DNA from: Phyllobates terribilis
Taxonomy: Eukaryota
Assembly: GCF_046119375.1 (NCBI RefSeq)
Contig: NW_027362761.1
Span: forward strand, 513,422,001 to 513,486,000
DNA length: 64,000 nucleotides
Direction: 5' to 3'
Under the pieces are notes generated by a model. It searched no databases, was not told the DNA's origin, and saw nothing but the letters and a program-made list of their open reading frames with translations. A program made the position numbers and the translations under genes. Shown here one piece after another: positions 34,057 to 45,700 of this stretch; within the stretch, counting starts at the first letter, position 1; each line of letters starts with the position of its first letter.

Positions 34057-37000
34057 TGACGCGCCCCCTGGGCCGTGGGGTACTCGGTGCCAGGCCGGTC
34101 GTTGCTACGGGAGATGTCACAGTGGCGGTGACCCAGTCCGTGACGGAGGCCAGTCAATCAAAAGGGGATATTTACAGGGGATTTATAGTTCTTATATATA
34201 GTTTGTGACGCCACCTGTGGTATGCGGCTATATGGAGCCGCCGCTGCGGGGCAGGTCCTCTGGAGCTGGTGTAAATGCAGCAGAGTTGGTTTAGCTCTCC
34301 ACAGGTAGAGCTTAGCTCCAGGGCTGTGCTGAGTTGTTATGGATGTTGCGGTGTAGTGCAGGGGGTGATGGCGCAGCAGTAATTCGCAGAGATGGTGGGG
34401 TGCAGTCTTCAGAGTTTACTCACAGTTGTTGCAATCCAAGTTACAGGTACCGGTGTACTTGTATCTTGGATTGCAACAACTGTGAGTAAACTCTGAAGAC
34501 TACACCCCACCGTCTCTGTGAATTACAGCTGCGCCATCACCCCTTGCACTACTGTTAGAAACCTCCTGTTTGTTTTTTCCATCTTGTGTTTTGCGGTCAT
34601 GTGACTATCTGCCTTTATATTCCAGCTCCGCCCTTATGGCTGTGCTGGACTTCAGTGTTTGACTGTTTCTCTAGCCTGGTGCTTCGGTGCCTTTCTCTGT
34701 CAGTTCGCTTGGTCCTCTGGGACCTCTAGTACATTTTTGTCAGTTTGTCTTTTTGTGTTCTGCAACAACTTCTCTGTTTAGGAGGTCCCATTTTTGTCCC
34801 AGTCATTAGTTCTTTTAGGGACCCCTCCCTTAATTCTATAGGTCTTCGTTCAGACTAGCCGAGGACTAAGGCAGGTCTGTTCACTAGGAACAGGCAGCCC
34901 GCTACATCGTAGGGATTCAGCTTAGTCTTACTGTAGGGACAGCTTTCCCCTATCTTTCCTTAGTACATGTTGCAAATCATAACAGCAAGTCCAGCCCAAA
35001 AAACTAAAAGGAAAGAAATTCGGGGATCAGTATGGTTTCCATCCAGGATTTGGCTCCACGCCTGCAGGGATTGTCTCTGGAGATGGCCGAGCTTCAGCAA
35101 CACGTGAGTAGCGCATTTTGTCGAACCTAAGGTAGGACTGCCTGATGTTTTTTATGGTAAACAGCAAGATTTTTTTTCCTTTAAAAATGCTTGTTTGTTA
35201 TATTTTCGTTTGAGACCAAGGTCCTCTGAGAATGAATAACAGCGCATTGGTTTTATTATGTCACTTTTGTGCAATGAACCACAGGGGTGGGCCTTTTCTC
35301 TCCAACCTAATGATCCGTGTTTAAGGTCTGTTGAAGAATTTTTTTCTGCTATGGGGCTATTATATGACGATCCTGATCGAATCTCATCTGCTGAATCAGA
35401 ACTCAGGCGTTTGAATCAGGGGTCAGATGATGTTGAAAATTATTGCACACACTTCAGGAGATGGGCTTCAGAAGTTAAGTGGAATGATCCTGCGCTGAGA
35501 TGTTTATTTCTTGCTGGTCTGAGTGAAAGGGTTAAGGATTTGCTAATTGCATTCCCTGAACCTGAGACTCTGCAGGATGCTATGCAGTTAGCTGTTCGTA
35601 TAGACAGAAGACTGTGGTGCAGGCTCAATGAGGTAAAGACTCCTGTAATGTCAGTTCCTAGTCCCCAGAAAATCTGCTCTGACAGCGGAGAACCGATGGA
35701 GGTTGGGGGGATGTCACTCCGCTTTCAGGAAAGAGACCGGAGGTTTACCGAGGGATTGTGTCTTTATTGTGGTAAAGCTGACCATTTGATTAAGTATTGT
35801 GAGCGTCGTTTAAGTAAAGAAAAAAAAAAGGTCAGTTATGTCCGTATAGCTTGTTTACGCTCTGCAGGAGTATTTCTTTCTAGGAGTACTACTTTGCAGG
35901 GAGATTTGATTGAATTTCAGGTATTTGTGGATTGTGGTTCAACACTTAATGTGATTGATAAAGGGTTTTTGGAAAACCTTAAATTGAAATCCAAACCTTT
36001 GTCATCACCTATTTCTGTGATTGCAATTGATAACATTCCTTTGAAATGTATTACTCACAAGACTGCTGCATTTCCCCTCACTATCAATGGAGTTCACCAA
36101 GAAATTTTGGACTTGGTTGTTTTGGATAATTTGCCCTCTCCAGTTGTTCTAGGATTGCCTTGGTTAAAACTGCACAATCCTTTATTGGAATGGTCTACTA
36201 ATGTGATTAAGTCTTGGAGTCCGAAGTGCTATGATAAATTTTGCAATGGTCGCATTGCGGCTGTGGAAAAAGGGGAATTACAGGTACCTATTCGAGATAT
36301 TTGGAGGTTTTTTTTTGGAGGAGGAGTCAAAAGTTTTACCTCCTCATAGGGATTATGATTGCGCCATTGAGTGTGTTCCGGGTGCTACTCTTCCCAAAAG
36401 TCGCTTGTTTAATCTGACTATCCCTGAAAGAAAGGCCTTGGAGGAGTACATACAGACTAGCCTGGCTGCTGGTCACATTAGACCTTCTAAGTCGCCTTTG
36501 GCAGTTGGATTCTTCTTTATTAAAAGAAAGGACGGCGGTTTACGTCCATGTCTGGATTTTCGTGAAATTAATAAGATTACCGTACGCAATTCCTACCCAT
36601 TGCCGTTAATTCCTGACTTGTTTAACCAGTTGGTGGGGCCAAGTGGTTCTCTAAAATTGATCTCCGGGGGGCATACAATTTGTTACGAGTGAAGGAGGGT
36701 GATGAATGGAAAACTGCTTTTAACACTCCGGTAGGTCATTTTGAGAATCTGGTGATGCCTTTTGGTCTTACCAATGCACCTGCACTTTTTCAGAACCTTA
36801 TTAATGACATCCTGAGACCTTTGATTGGTAAGAATGTGGTTGTGTATTTGGATGACATTTTGATTTATTCACCAGATCTAGAGTCCCATTGGCAGAGTGT
36901 AAGTGAAGTTTTGCAGTTATTGAGTAATAATTCACTCTTTGCTAAGCTGGAGAAATGTGAGTTTGCTGTGCAGAAATATAGTTTTTTGGGCTACATTGTC

Positions 37001-39838
37001 TCCAGCGTGGGCTTTGAGATGGACCCTGTGAAGGTTCAGGCTGTGCAGGAATGGCCTAGGCCTATTAGTTTGAAATCTATACAGAGATTTTTTGGGTTTT
37101 GCCAATTATTACAGGAAATTCATTAAGAATGTTTCTGTAATTGTTAAACCTCTAACCGATCTCACCAGGAAAGGTGCGAATACGGCCCAGTGGACTACTG
37201 AGGCCATTGAAGCGTTTGAGTATCTCAAAGAGAGGTTCAGTTCTGCCCCTATCCTTATGCAGCCTGATGAGACCAAGCCTTTTTTGGTCGAGGTCAATGC
37301 TTCATCGGTGGGGGTCGGAGCAGTTTTGTCTCAGGAGAACAAGGGTGGAGTACATCCTTGTGCCTTCTTTTCGAAAAAACTTTTGGAAACCGAACTGAAT
37401 TATGATGTTGGAAATCGGGAGTTGCTGGCTATTAAACTTGCGTTTGAACATTGGCGTCATTTTTTGGAAGGCGCTAGATTTCCTATTCAGGTTTTCACAG
37501 ATCATAAGAATTTGATCTATCTGGATGCTGCCAAGCGCTTGAATGCCCGTCAAGCTAGGTGGGCACTTTTTTTTTCTCGGTTTCATTTATCTGTTACCTA
37601 TATCCCTGGTACTAAGAATGTTAAAGCCGATGCTTTATCTCGCAGCTTCTCTCCTACGGTCGGTGCCGAGGAGGAGGAGAACATTTTACAGCAAGGAGTT
37701 GTGGTGGCGGCATTGGACTCCGTTTTGGAGAATGGGATTCTGAAAGCTCAAGATGATGCTCCATCTAGCACTCCCCATGGGAGGGTGTTCGTGCCTAGAG
37801 CCTTTAGGAGAGATTTGTTTGTGGAGTGTCATGAGTCTCGGTTGGCAGGTCAACCAGGAATTTCTGAGACTAAGAGACTTATCAGTCGCAGTTTTTGGTG
37901 GCCTGGATGGCAGAAGGAAGTCATCAAGTGGGTGCGTCAGTGTACTCTGTGTGCTAGGTCAAAGGCTTCACATACTCCTGCTTCGGGGTTACTTTGCCCT
38001 CTGGAGGTTCCTAGTGCGCCTTGGATGCATTTCACAATGGATTTTATTACTGATCTTCCTGTGTCCAAGAGTTTTACTGTCATCTGGGTGGTCGTGGACC
38101 GTTTTAGTAAGATGTGTCATTTGGTTCCATTCATTAAGTTGCCCTGCGCCAAGACACTCGCTAAGGATTTGTTAAGGAGATTGTCAAGCTCCATGGCGTT
38201 CCCACGGATATTGTTTCTGATAGAGGACTTCAGCTTGTGGCTCGCTTTTGGCGTGCTTTTTGTGACAGGTTGGGAGTCCATTTGTCATTTTCGTCTGGTT
38301 ATCATCCTGAGTCTAATGGACAGACTGAAAGAAAGAACCAGGATGTTGAACATTTTTTGCTTTGTTTTGTGGCGGACAATCAAGAGGTGTGGTCTGAGTT
38401 TCTGCCTCTCGCAGAATTTTATCTTAACAATCATACATCCTCCTCTGCTGGGTGTTCTCCTTTTTTTTGTTGTACTGGGAGACATCCGTCTTTTGGTTCG
38501 TTCTCCAAATTGGGGTCGGCGGTGCCGGAGGAGGAGAATTTTTCCGGTGATTTGGAGAGAGTTTGGATTAATGTACGTTGCAACCTTCAAGAGGCTAACA
38601 AGAAGTCAAAGTAGTATTTTGACAGGAATCGTAAGTAGGTTTTGCTTACTGTGGGTGACACGGTTTGGTTGTCCTCGAAGAACCTGCGGTTGAGGATTCC
38701 CTCTAAAAAAACTGGGTCCTAAGTTTGTGGGTCCATTTAAAGTGCTTCAGGTTGTTAACCCGTCTGCTGTTAGGTTGGATTTTCCTACTTCCTGGAAGAT
38801 TAATCCTGTGTTTCATGTTTCCTTGTTGAAAAAGGCTGATGTATCTGATAGGTACGCCACTGTCACAGTTCCTCCTGTGGTGGAAGACGGCGAATATGAA
38901 ATTTCTTGTATCTTGAATTCTAGATGGAATAGAATGAAATTACAGTATCTTGTCTCCTGGAAGGGTTTCGGTCCCGAAGACAACTCCTGGGTAAGGACGG
39001 ATGATGTCTCTGCTCCTAGGCTTGTTAAAGCTTTCCACAGGAGGTTTCCGGATAGGCCTGGGCCTGGAGGATCTGGAGGTTCCTCATAAAAGAGGGTATA
39101 CTGTTAGAACCCTCCTTTTTGTTTTTTCCATCTTGTGTTTTGCGGTCACGTGACCATCTGCCTTTATATTCCAGCTCCGCCCTTATGGCTGTGCTGGACT
39201 TCAGTGTTTGACTGTTTCTCTAGCCTGGTGCTTCGGTGCCTTTCTCTGTCAGTTCGCTTGGTCCTCTGGGACCTCTGGTACATTTTTGTCAGTTTGCCTT
39301 TTTGTGTCCTGCAACAACTTCTCTGTTTAGGAGGTGTCCCATTTTTGTCCCAGTCCTTAGTTCTTTTAGGGACCCCTCCCTTAATTCTATAGGTTTTCGC
39401 TCAGACTAGCCGAGAACTAAGGCGGGTCTGTTCACTAGGAACAGGCAGCCCGCTATATCGTAGGGATTCAGCTTAGTCTTACTGTAGGGACAGCTTTCCC
39501 CTATCTTTCCTTAGTACATGTTGCAGATCATAACAACTACACCGCAACATCCATAACAACTCAGCACAGCCCTGGAGCTAAGCTCTACCTGTGAAGAGCT
39601 AAACCAACTCTGCTGCTTTTACACCAGCTCCAGAGGACCTGCCCTGCAGCGGCGGCTCCATATAGCCGCATACCACAGGCGGCGTCACGAACTATATATA
39701 TCAGAACTATAAATCTCCTGTAAATATCCTCTTTTGATTGACCGCCCTGGTTCACGGACAGGGTCACCGCCACTGTCACATCTCCCCTAGCAACGACCGG
39801 CCTGGCACCGAGTACCCCACGGCCCAGGGGGCGTGTCA
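34057..39838. repeat. Head-to-head inverted pair of LTR end segments (foldback), split by the chromovirus
   Basis: 34057-34450 is the reverse complement of 34455-34552 joined to 39541-39838; 4-nt centre CGGT at 34451-34454. Confidence 0.92.
34553..39535 (+). mobile_element. Chromoviral Gypsy (sushi/PEG10-RTL1-like) LTR retrotransposon, full length, defective
   Basis: LTRs 34553-34984 and 39102-39535; perfect 5-bp TSD ACTAC; PPT AAAAGAGGG. Gag with CLYCGKADHLIKYC, protease VDCGS, RT YLDD, RNase H, integrase and chromodomain (YLVSWKGFGPEDNSWV). Many frameshifts. Confidence 0.97.
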
Positions 39839-39859
39839 ATACCACTTTTCCTGGTGTCT

Positions 39860-40051
39860 GCCCTCAATTTGAGCTGCTTTGGAACTTTTGGGCCCCTTTT
39901 GAAGGTGTTGTCTATGAGTTTGCTTTTGCCTCCGATTGAGTGCAATGGGATTCGGATATTTTTGTCAAACTGTACGATGAATTGTTTGGAGAATATGGGG
40001 AAGTTCGCTGATCTGAACCAAATCGAACCTTGAGAGGTTCGGTCAACTCTA
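39860..40051. mobile_element. hAT-type terminal remnant
   Basis: Ends GTTCGGTCAACTCTA (reverse complement TAGAGTTGACCGAAC), like the hAT TIRs in this window, with GTTCG/CGAAC repeats. Confidence 0.5.
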
Positions 40052-40062
40052 GTTACAACCTA

Positions 40063-41682
40063 CAGTGCTTTGTGAAAGTATTTGGCCCCCTTGAACTTTT
40101 CTACCTTTTGCCACATTTCTGGCTTCAAACATAAAGATATAAAATTCTAATTTTTTGGGGAAGAATCAACAACAAGTGGGACACAATCGTGAAGTGGAAC
40201 GAAATTTATTGGATATTTTAGATTTTTTTTTAACAAATTAAAAACTGAAAAGTGGGGCGTGCAATATTATTTGGCCCCCTTGAGTTAATACTTTGTAGCG
40301 CCACCTTTTGCTGCGATTACAGCTGCAAGTCGCTTGGGGTATGTCTCTATCAGTTTTGCACATTGAGAGGCTGAAATTCTTCCCCATTCTTCTTGCAAAA
40401 CAACTCGAGCTCAGTGAGGTTGGATGGAGAGCGTTTGTGAACAGCAGTTTTCAGCTCTTTCCACAGATTCTCGATTGGATTCAGGTCTGGACTTTGACTT
40501 GGCCATTCTAACACCTGGATACGTTTATTTTTGAACCATTCCAATGTAGATTTTGCTTTATGTTTGGGATCATTGTCTTGTTGGAAGATAAATCTCCGTC
40601 CCAGTCTCAGGTTTTTTGCAGACTCCAACAGGTTTTCTTCCAGAATGGTCCTGAATTTGGCTCCGTCCATCTTCCCATCAATTTTAACCATCTTCCCTGT
40701 CCCTGTTGAAGAAAAGCAGGCCCAAACCATGATGCTGCCACCACCATGTTTGACAGTGGGGATGGTGTTTTGAGGGTGATGAGCTGTGTTGCTTTTACGC
40801 CAAACATATCGTTTTGCATTGTGACCAAAAAGTTTGATTTTGGTTTCATCTGACCAGAGCACCTTATTCCACATGTTTGGTGTGTCTCCCAGGTGGCTTG
40901 TGGCAAACTTCAAACAAGACTTTTTATGGATATCTTTAGGAAATGGCTATCTTCTTGCCACTCTTCCTTAAAGGCCAGATTTGTGCAGTGTATGACTGAT
41001 TGTTGTCCTATGGACAGACTCTCCCACCTCAGCTGTAGATCTCTGCAGTTCATCCAGAGTGATCATGGGCCTTTTGGCTGCATCTCTGATCAGTCTTCTC
41101 CTTGTTCGAGATGAAAGTTTAGAGGGACGGCCGGGTCTTGATAGACTTGCAGTGGTCTGATACTCCTTCCATTTCAATATGATCGCTTGCACAGTGCTCC
41201 TTGAGATGTTTAAAACTTGGGAAATCTTTTTGTAAACAAATCCGGCTTTAAACTTCACCACAACAGTATCTCGGACCTGCCTGGTGTGTTCCTTGGTCTT
41301 CATGATGCTCTCTGCACTTGTAACAGAACCCTGAGACTATCACAGAGCAGATGCATTTATACGGAGACTTGATTATTTTGTGTTGTTATGTTGTCATTTA
41401 GGACAACATTGGATCATTCAGAAATCCTCACTGAACTTCTGGAGTGAGTTTGCTGCACTGAAAGTAAAGGGGCCGAATAATATTGCACGCCCCACTTTTC
41501 AGTTTTTAATTTTTTAAAAAAGTTTAAAATAGCCAATAAATTTTGTTCCACTTCACAATTGGGTGCCACTTGTTGTTGATTCTGCCCAAGAAAATTAGAA
41601 TTTAATATCTTTATGTTTGAAGGCAGAAATGTGGCAAAACGTAGAAAAGTTCAAGGGGGCCAAATACTTTCACAAGGCACTG
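40063..41682 (-). mobile_element. Tc1 family A, full length, transposase disrupted
   Basis: TA-flanked TIRs CAGTGC(T/C)TTGTGAAAGTATTTGGCCCCC; MKTKEH N-terminus, WSDETK and QQDNDPKH...SPDLNPIENLW in split frames. Confidence 0.95.
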
Positions 41683-41912
41683 TACATGTGAAAATAATAA
41701 TCATTATTACCTGTTTGCTACAATTGGTTACTTATACACCTGACTATATTTCTAGAAAGTCCATGACTTTGTACAAGTGAACCTAGAAAAATGTCTTTTC
41801 TTTATTCACTTGGCATTTTGTTAATTAATAAAAATAAACTATTAACACTTCTGTATGTGAAAGCTTTCTTACTTTGCAGCATTTTTTTCACACCTAAACA
41901 TTTTGCACAGCA

Positions 41913-41966
<54 letters not shown>

Positions 41967-42383
41967 CAATAGATGGTCTCTGTGCGGCCGTCTACATCAT
42001 CTGGGTGGTCAGGGATTAGCTCTAGCGGCCATGTCACAATATATGCGACAAACACGGAAATTCATCTAGGAGAAGAATGATGTCCAGTAGGTAAATGATC
42101 AGCCCATGAATCAGACTGGTCACAGGATATGAATCTCCGGTTGGGAAGAGAGACTGTTCCTGTCCCCGACTCCTCACAGGTGCAAACAGTTAATTTGCAT
42201 AGCCAGCGACAAAGCTTTAAAAGTTTTTATTCTACAATCTGTTGGGGCATTTAGGATTATAGTAACACGTTGGTGATGCCTGTCTCATGACGTATACCCT
42301 ACTGGGGGCAGTTCAGAAGGCATAAACCATACGACATGTTTCCTTTAAATATCATTACTCCATCTACTGCTCCTTATTCAGAC

Positions 42384-42621
42384 GACATCACTGATGACAT
42401 CAGCACAGCTGGCAGTACTGACCCTGTGCGACATCACTGATGACATCAGCACAGCTGGCAGTACTGACCCTGTGCGACATCACTGATGACATCAGCACAG
42501 CTGGCAGTACTGACCCTGTGCGACATCACTGATGACATCAGCACAGCTGGCAGTACTGATGTTGTGAAACATCACTGATGACATCAGCGCAGCTGGCAGT
42601 TCTGACCCTGTGTGACATCAC
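42384..42621. repeat. 46-bp tandem repeat, ~5 units
   Basis: Unit GACATCACTGATGACATCAGCACAGCTGGCAGTACTGACCCTGTGC starts at 42384, 42430, 42476, 42522 and 42568. Confidence 0.95.
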
Positions 42622-43763
42622 AATGCAGCGCTCAGTGATCTATGCGCTGGAGGACACTGGAGTCTTTTGAGGGTTTGATGTTGGAGAAAATGGATTTGCG
42701 GAGCATTGCTGTAGTGCTGTTCACAATTGTTTTCTATTGTGTAGAAGGGAGACCTGTTGAAACACCAGGAGGTAAGAGACATTGATAAATGAGGATTATA
42801 TATTGCATTTTTTTCTATATGTTCATGGGTTTTGGTTATAAAACAGTTGTGTGTGATATTGCATTTTATCGCCATTCTCTTGAAAGTCATAGAACTGCAA
42901 TACCGGACACGGGTCATGGGCAGGAGTGGTGCTGTAGTATGAAAAAACTAGCCATTATTCTATAATTATGTCTATACGGCTTTTCATAGAGGTAAATGGA
43001 AGTAGTATCCACTGTACATATTATATTCCCATATACTGGCCATCAGTCCGGTCGTGTCTCTGATGACATCAGCAGCGTTCAGCAGCCCCGCCCCCACACT
43101 ATAGAATTCTGACACTGTGTGACATCACAGCGCTGGGCCCAGTGCTCTATGTGTTGGGTCTTTTGAGGGTTAATTTTGTACAATATAAAAATGGAGAAAA
43201 TTGTTCTCTGTTTGTTGATTTGCTCATGTTTAGTTAAGAAAGTTCTAATGATATAAGCAGGTAATGGACATTATCACTGGGGACTGTGTTTGTAGGGTTC
43301 AGTTAAAGGAGTCTTCTGTCCCCTTCATGTTACAGTATTGGGGTCACTTGCTGCTATCATGGGTTTCATGTCTTCATTTTCCTTCTTTCTCTTATGGACA
43401 GTGGTTTCCCAGAGATCATGGGCTGTGATATTCCCCAGCTTGAACTTGAGGATCAGCGACGATAATAACAGTGAGTAGTCAATTCCTTCATCTCCTGATT
43501 CTACTCCCATCATCCTATACCAAGTCCTGCCTGCACTTATATATATAATGTGACGCCCCTTATCCTGACAATGTCTTCTAGAATATTCCGCCTGTGAAAG
43601 GAATTAATAACCGGCATCTTGTTTCTTTATTCCCAGTCATTGGTCGCTATGCCCAGCCCGTGTGTCTGATGATAATGTTTACGTTCTTGGTCGGGATCTG
43701 GATCTGCTGGTGAGTTTCCATCTTCTCCTCTACATATCACATTATTCTTTTCCCATACAAATA

Positions 43764-44105
43764 GGCAGCACGGTGGCTCAGCGGTTAGCACTGTAGTCTT
43801 GCAGCACTGGGTCCTGGGTTCAAATCCCACCAAGGACAACATCTGCAAGGAGTTTGTATATCCTCCCCTTGATTGCGTGGGTTTCCTCCGGTTTCCTCCC
43901 ACACTATAAAATCATACTGATAAGGAGTTTAGAATGTCAGCCACAACAATGTGGGTTTCTCTGGGTAGTCCGGGTTTCCTCTTACACTTCAAAGACTAGA
44001 TTGTCTTTGAATCTAGATTGTGAACCCCAGTGGGGACAGAGCCAATGATGTCTGTAAAGAGCTGTGGAATTAATGGCGCTATATAAGTGAGGAAAATAAA
44101 TAAAA
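43764..44105 (+). mobile_element. tRNA-derived SINE (V-SINE-like)
   Basis: Box A TGGCTCAGCGG, box B GGTTCAAATCC, central GGTTTCCTCCGG...CCCACAC segment, A-rich tail. Confidence 0.8.
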
Positions 44106-44825
44106 AATACCTACAGGGGGCGCAGTAACTACAGCAGCCGGGCAATAGTACAGCCGGGCAATACTACAGGGCTGTGTGGACTGTGATATAATCAGTAGCT
44201 GCCGTTCTCCCGGTTCTGGTGCTGTATTATGATGTAATATATACTAGGACTGGTATACACTGTACTTTTATATCTCACCCTCTGTAGTGGGGGAGGGGCA
44301 GGGGCATATTCTTGTGGGTAACTGAATATTATCTTTTGTACTAGTTTATATTAATATATTTCTCTGTGTCACAGTTACCTGTATGGCGTCCGGAGACGTC
44401 GGGGCATACTGGAGGAGGCAGACCTGACCGAAGTTGTTGTGGTCCTGGAGCCAGGTAACTATTAATATAATACCCAGGTACAAGCAAAGCCTATGTCACC
44501 CGGGCTCTTCAATGCTAACACAGTAATGTCCAAGTGATCTCAACCTATCTGGATAGGGAAAAGTGAATGGCGACCATCTCACAATCCAAGAGGAACACTG
44601 TCTGTGACACAAACTTTAGTTTAGGGATTTTTGTTTAGTAGCAAAATTAGAACAGAGGGGTATTCAACTGCCCTCCTTGTCTCAGTGTGTGAGGAAGAAA
44701 AAAAAATGCTGCTATTAAGGTGCTGTTACCACCCGTGTGCACAGCGCTGTCCCAGCTCTGACCCTGCGCTGTCTTCCCTGTACAAGAAGTCACAAGATTG
44801 TCCCCATCTTGGCTGCCATACTGTA

Positions 44826-45700
44826 ATAACGTCCTCCATCCTGGAACCTATTCTGTAAAGATGTCTATCATCCTGCCCCATCCTGTAATATTGTCCCCCT
44901 TCCTGGCCCCTATCCTGTAGTAATGTCTATCGTCCTGCCCCATCCTGTAATATTGTCCCCCTTTCTGGCCCCTATCCTGTAGTAATGTCTATCTTCCTGC
45001 CCCATCCTGTAATATTGTCTCCCTTCTTGGCCCTTATCCTGTAATAATGTCTATCGTCCGGCCTCCTCATCCTGTAATATTGTCCCCCTTTCTGGCCCCT
45101 ATCCTGTAGTAATGTCTATCGTCCTGCCTCATCCTGTAATATTGTCTCCCTTCTTGGCCCTTATCCTGTAATAATGTCTATCGTCCGGCATACTCATCCT
45201 GTAATATTGTCCCCCTTCTTGGCACCTATCCTGTAGTAATGTCTATCGTCCTGCCCCACCCTGTAATATTGTCTCCCTTCTTGGCCCTTATCCTGTAGTA
45301 ATGTCTATCGTCCTGCCTCATCCTGTAATATTGTCCCCCTTCCTGGCCCCTATCCTGTAGTAATGTCTATCGTCCTGCCTCATCCTGTAATATTGTCTCC
45401 CTTCTTGGCCCTTATCCTGTAATAATGTCTATCGTCCGGCCTCCTCATCCTGTAATACTGTGCCCCTTCTTGGCCCCTATCCTGTAGCAATGTCTTTTGT
45501 CTTGGCCCCATCCTATAGTAATGTCCCTCGTCCTGGCTTCTTCCTGTAATGTCCCGTGTACTGGCACCCATTCTGTAATTAAGTCCCGTGTCCTGTAATA
45601 ATGTTCTCTGTCTGGGCCTCTGTGCTGATAATGTCCCTAATCCTGGCCCCTTCCAGTATTAATGTCCCCTATTCTGGCCCCTTCGTGTACCCTATCCTGG
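44826..45700. repeat. Intronic minisatellite, ~60-bp unit made of two ~30-bp subunits
   Basis: Alternating ATCCTGTAATATTGTCCCC and ATCCTGTAGTAATGTCTATCGTCC blocks, degenerating at the edges. Confidence 0.9.

Noticed and set aside
35258-39089. PEG10/RTL1 host gene
   Set aside because: Flanked by LTRs and a TSD, with multiple frameshifts; an ordinary chromoviral retrotransposon.
43764-43840. tRNA gene
   Set aside because: Box A/B are followed by SINE body and tail, and there is no complete cloverleaf.
44384-44428. ATG GCG TCC... as the GCNA-like start codon
   Set aside because: That frame stops after 14 codons; the frame compatible with downstream exons has no ATG in this exon.
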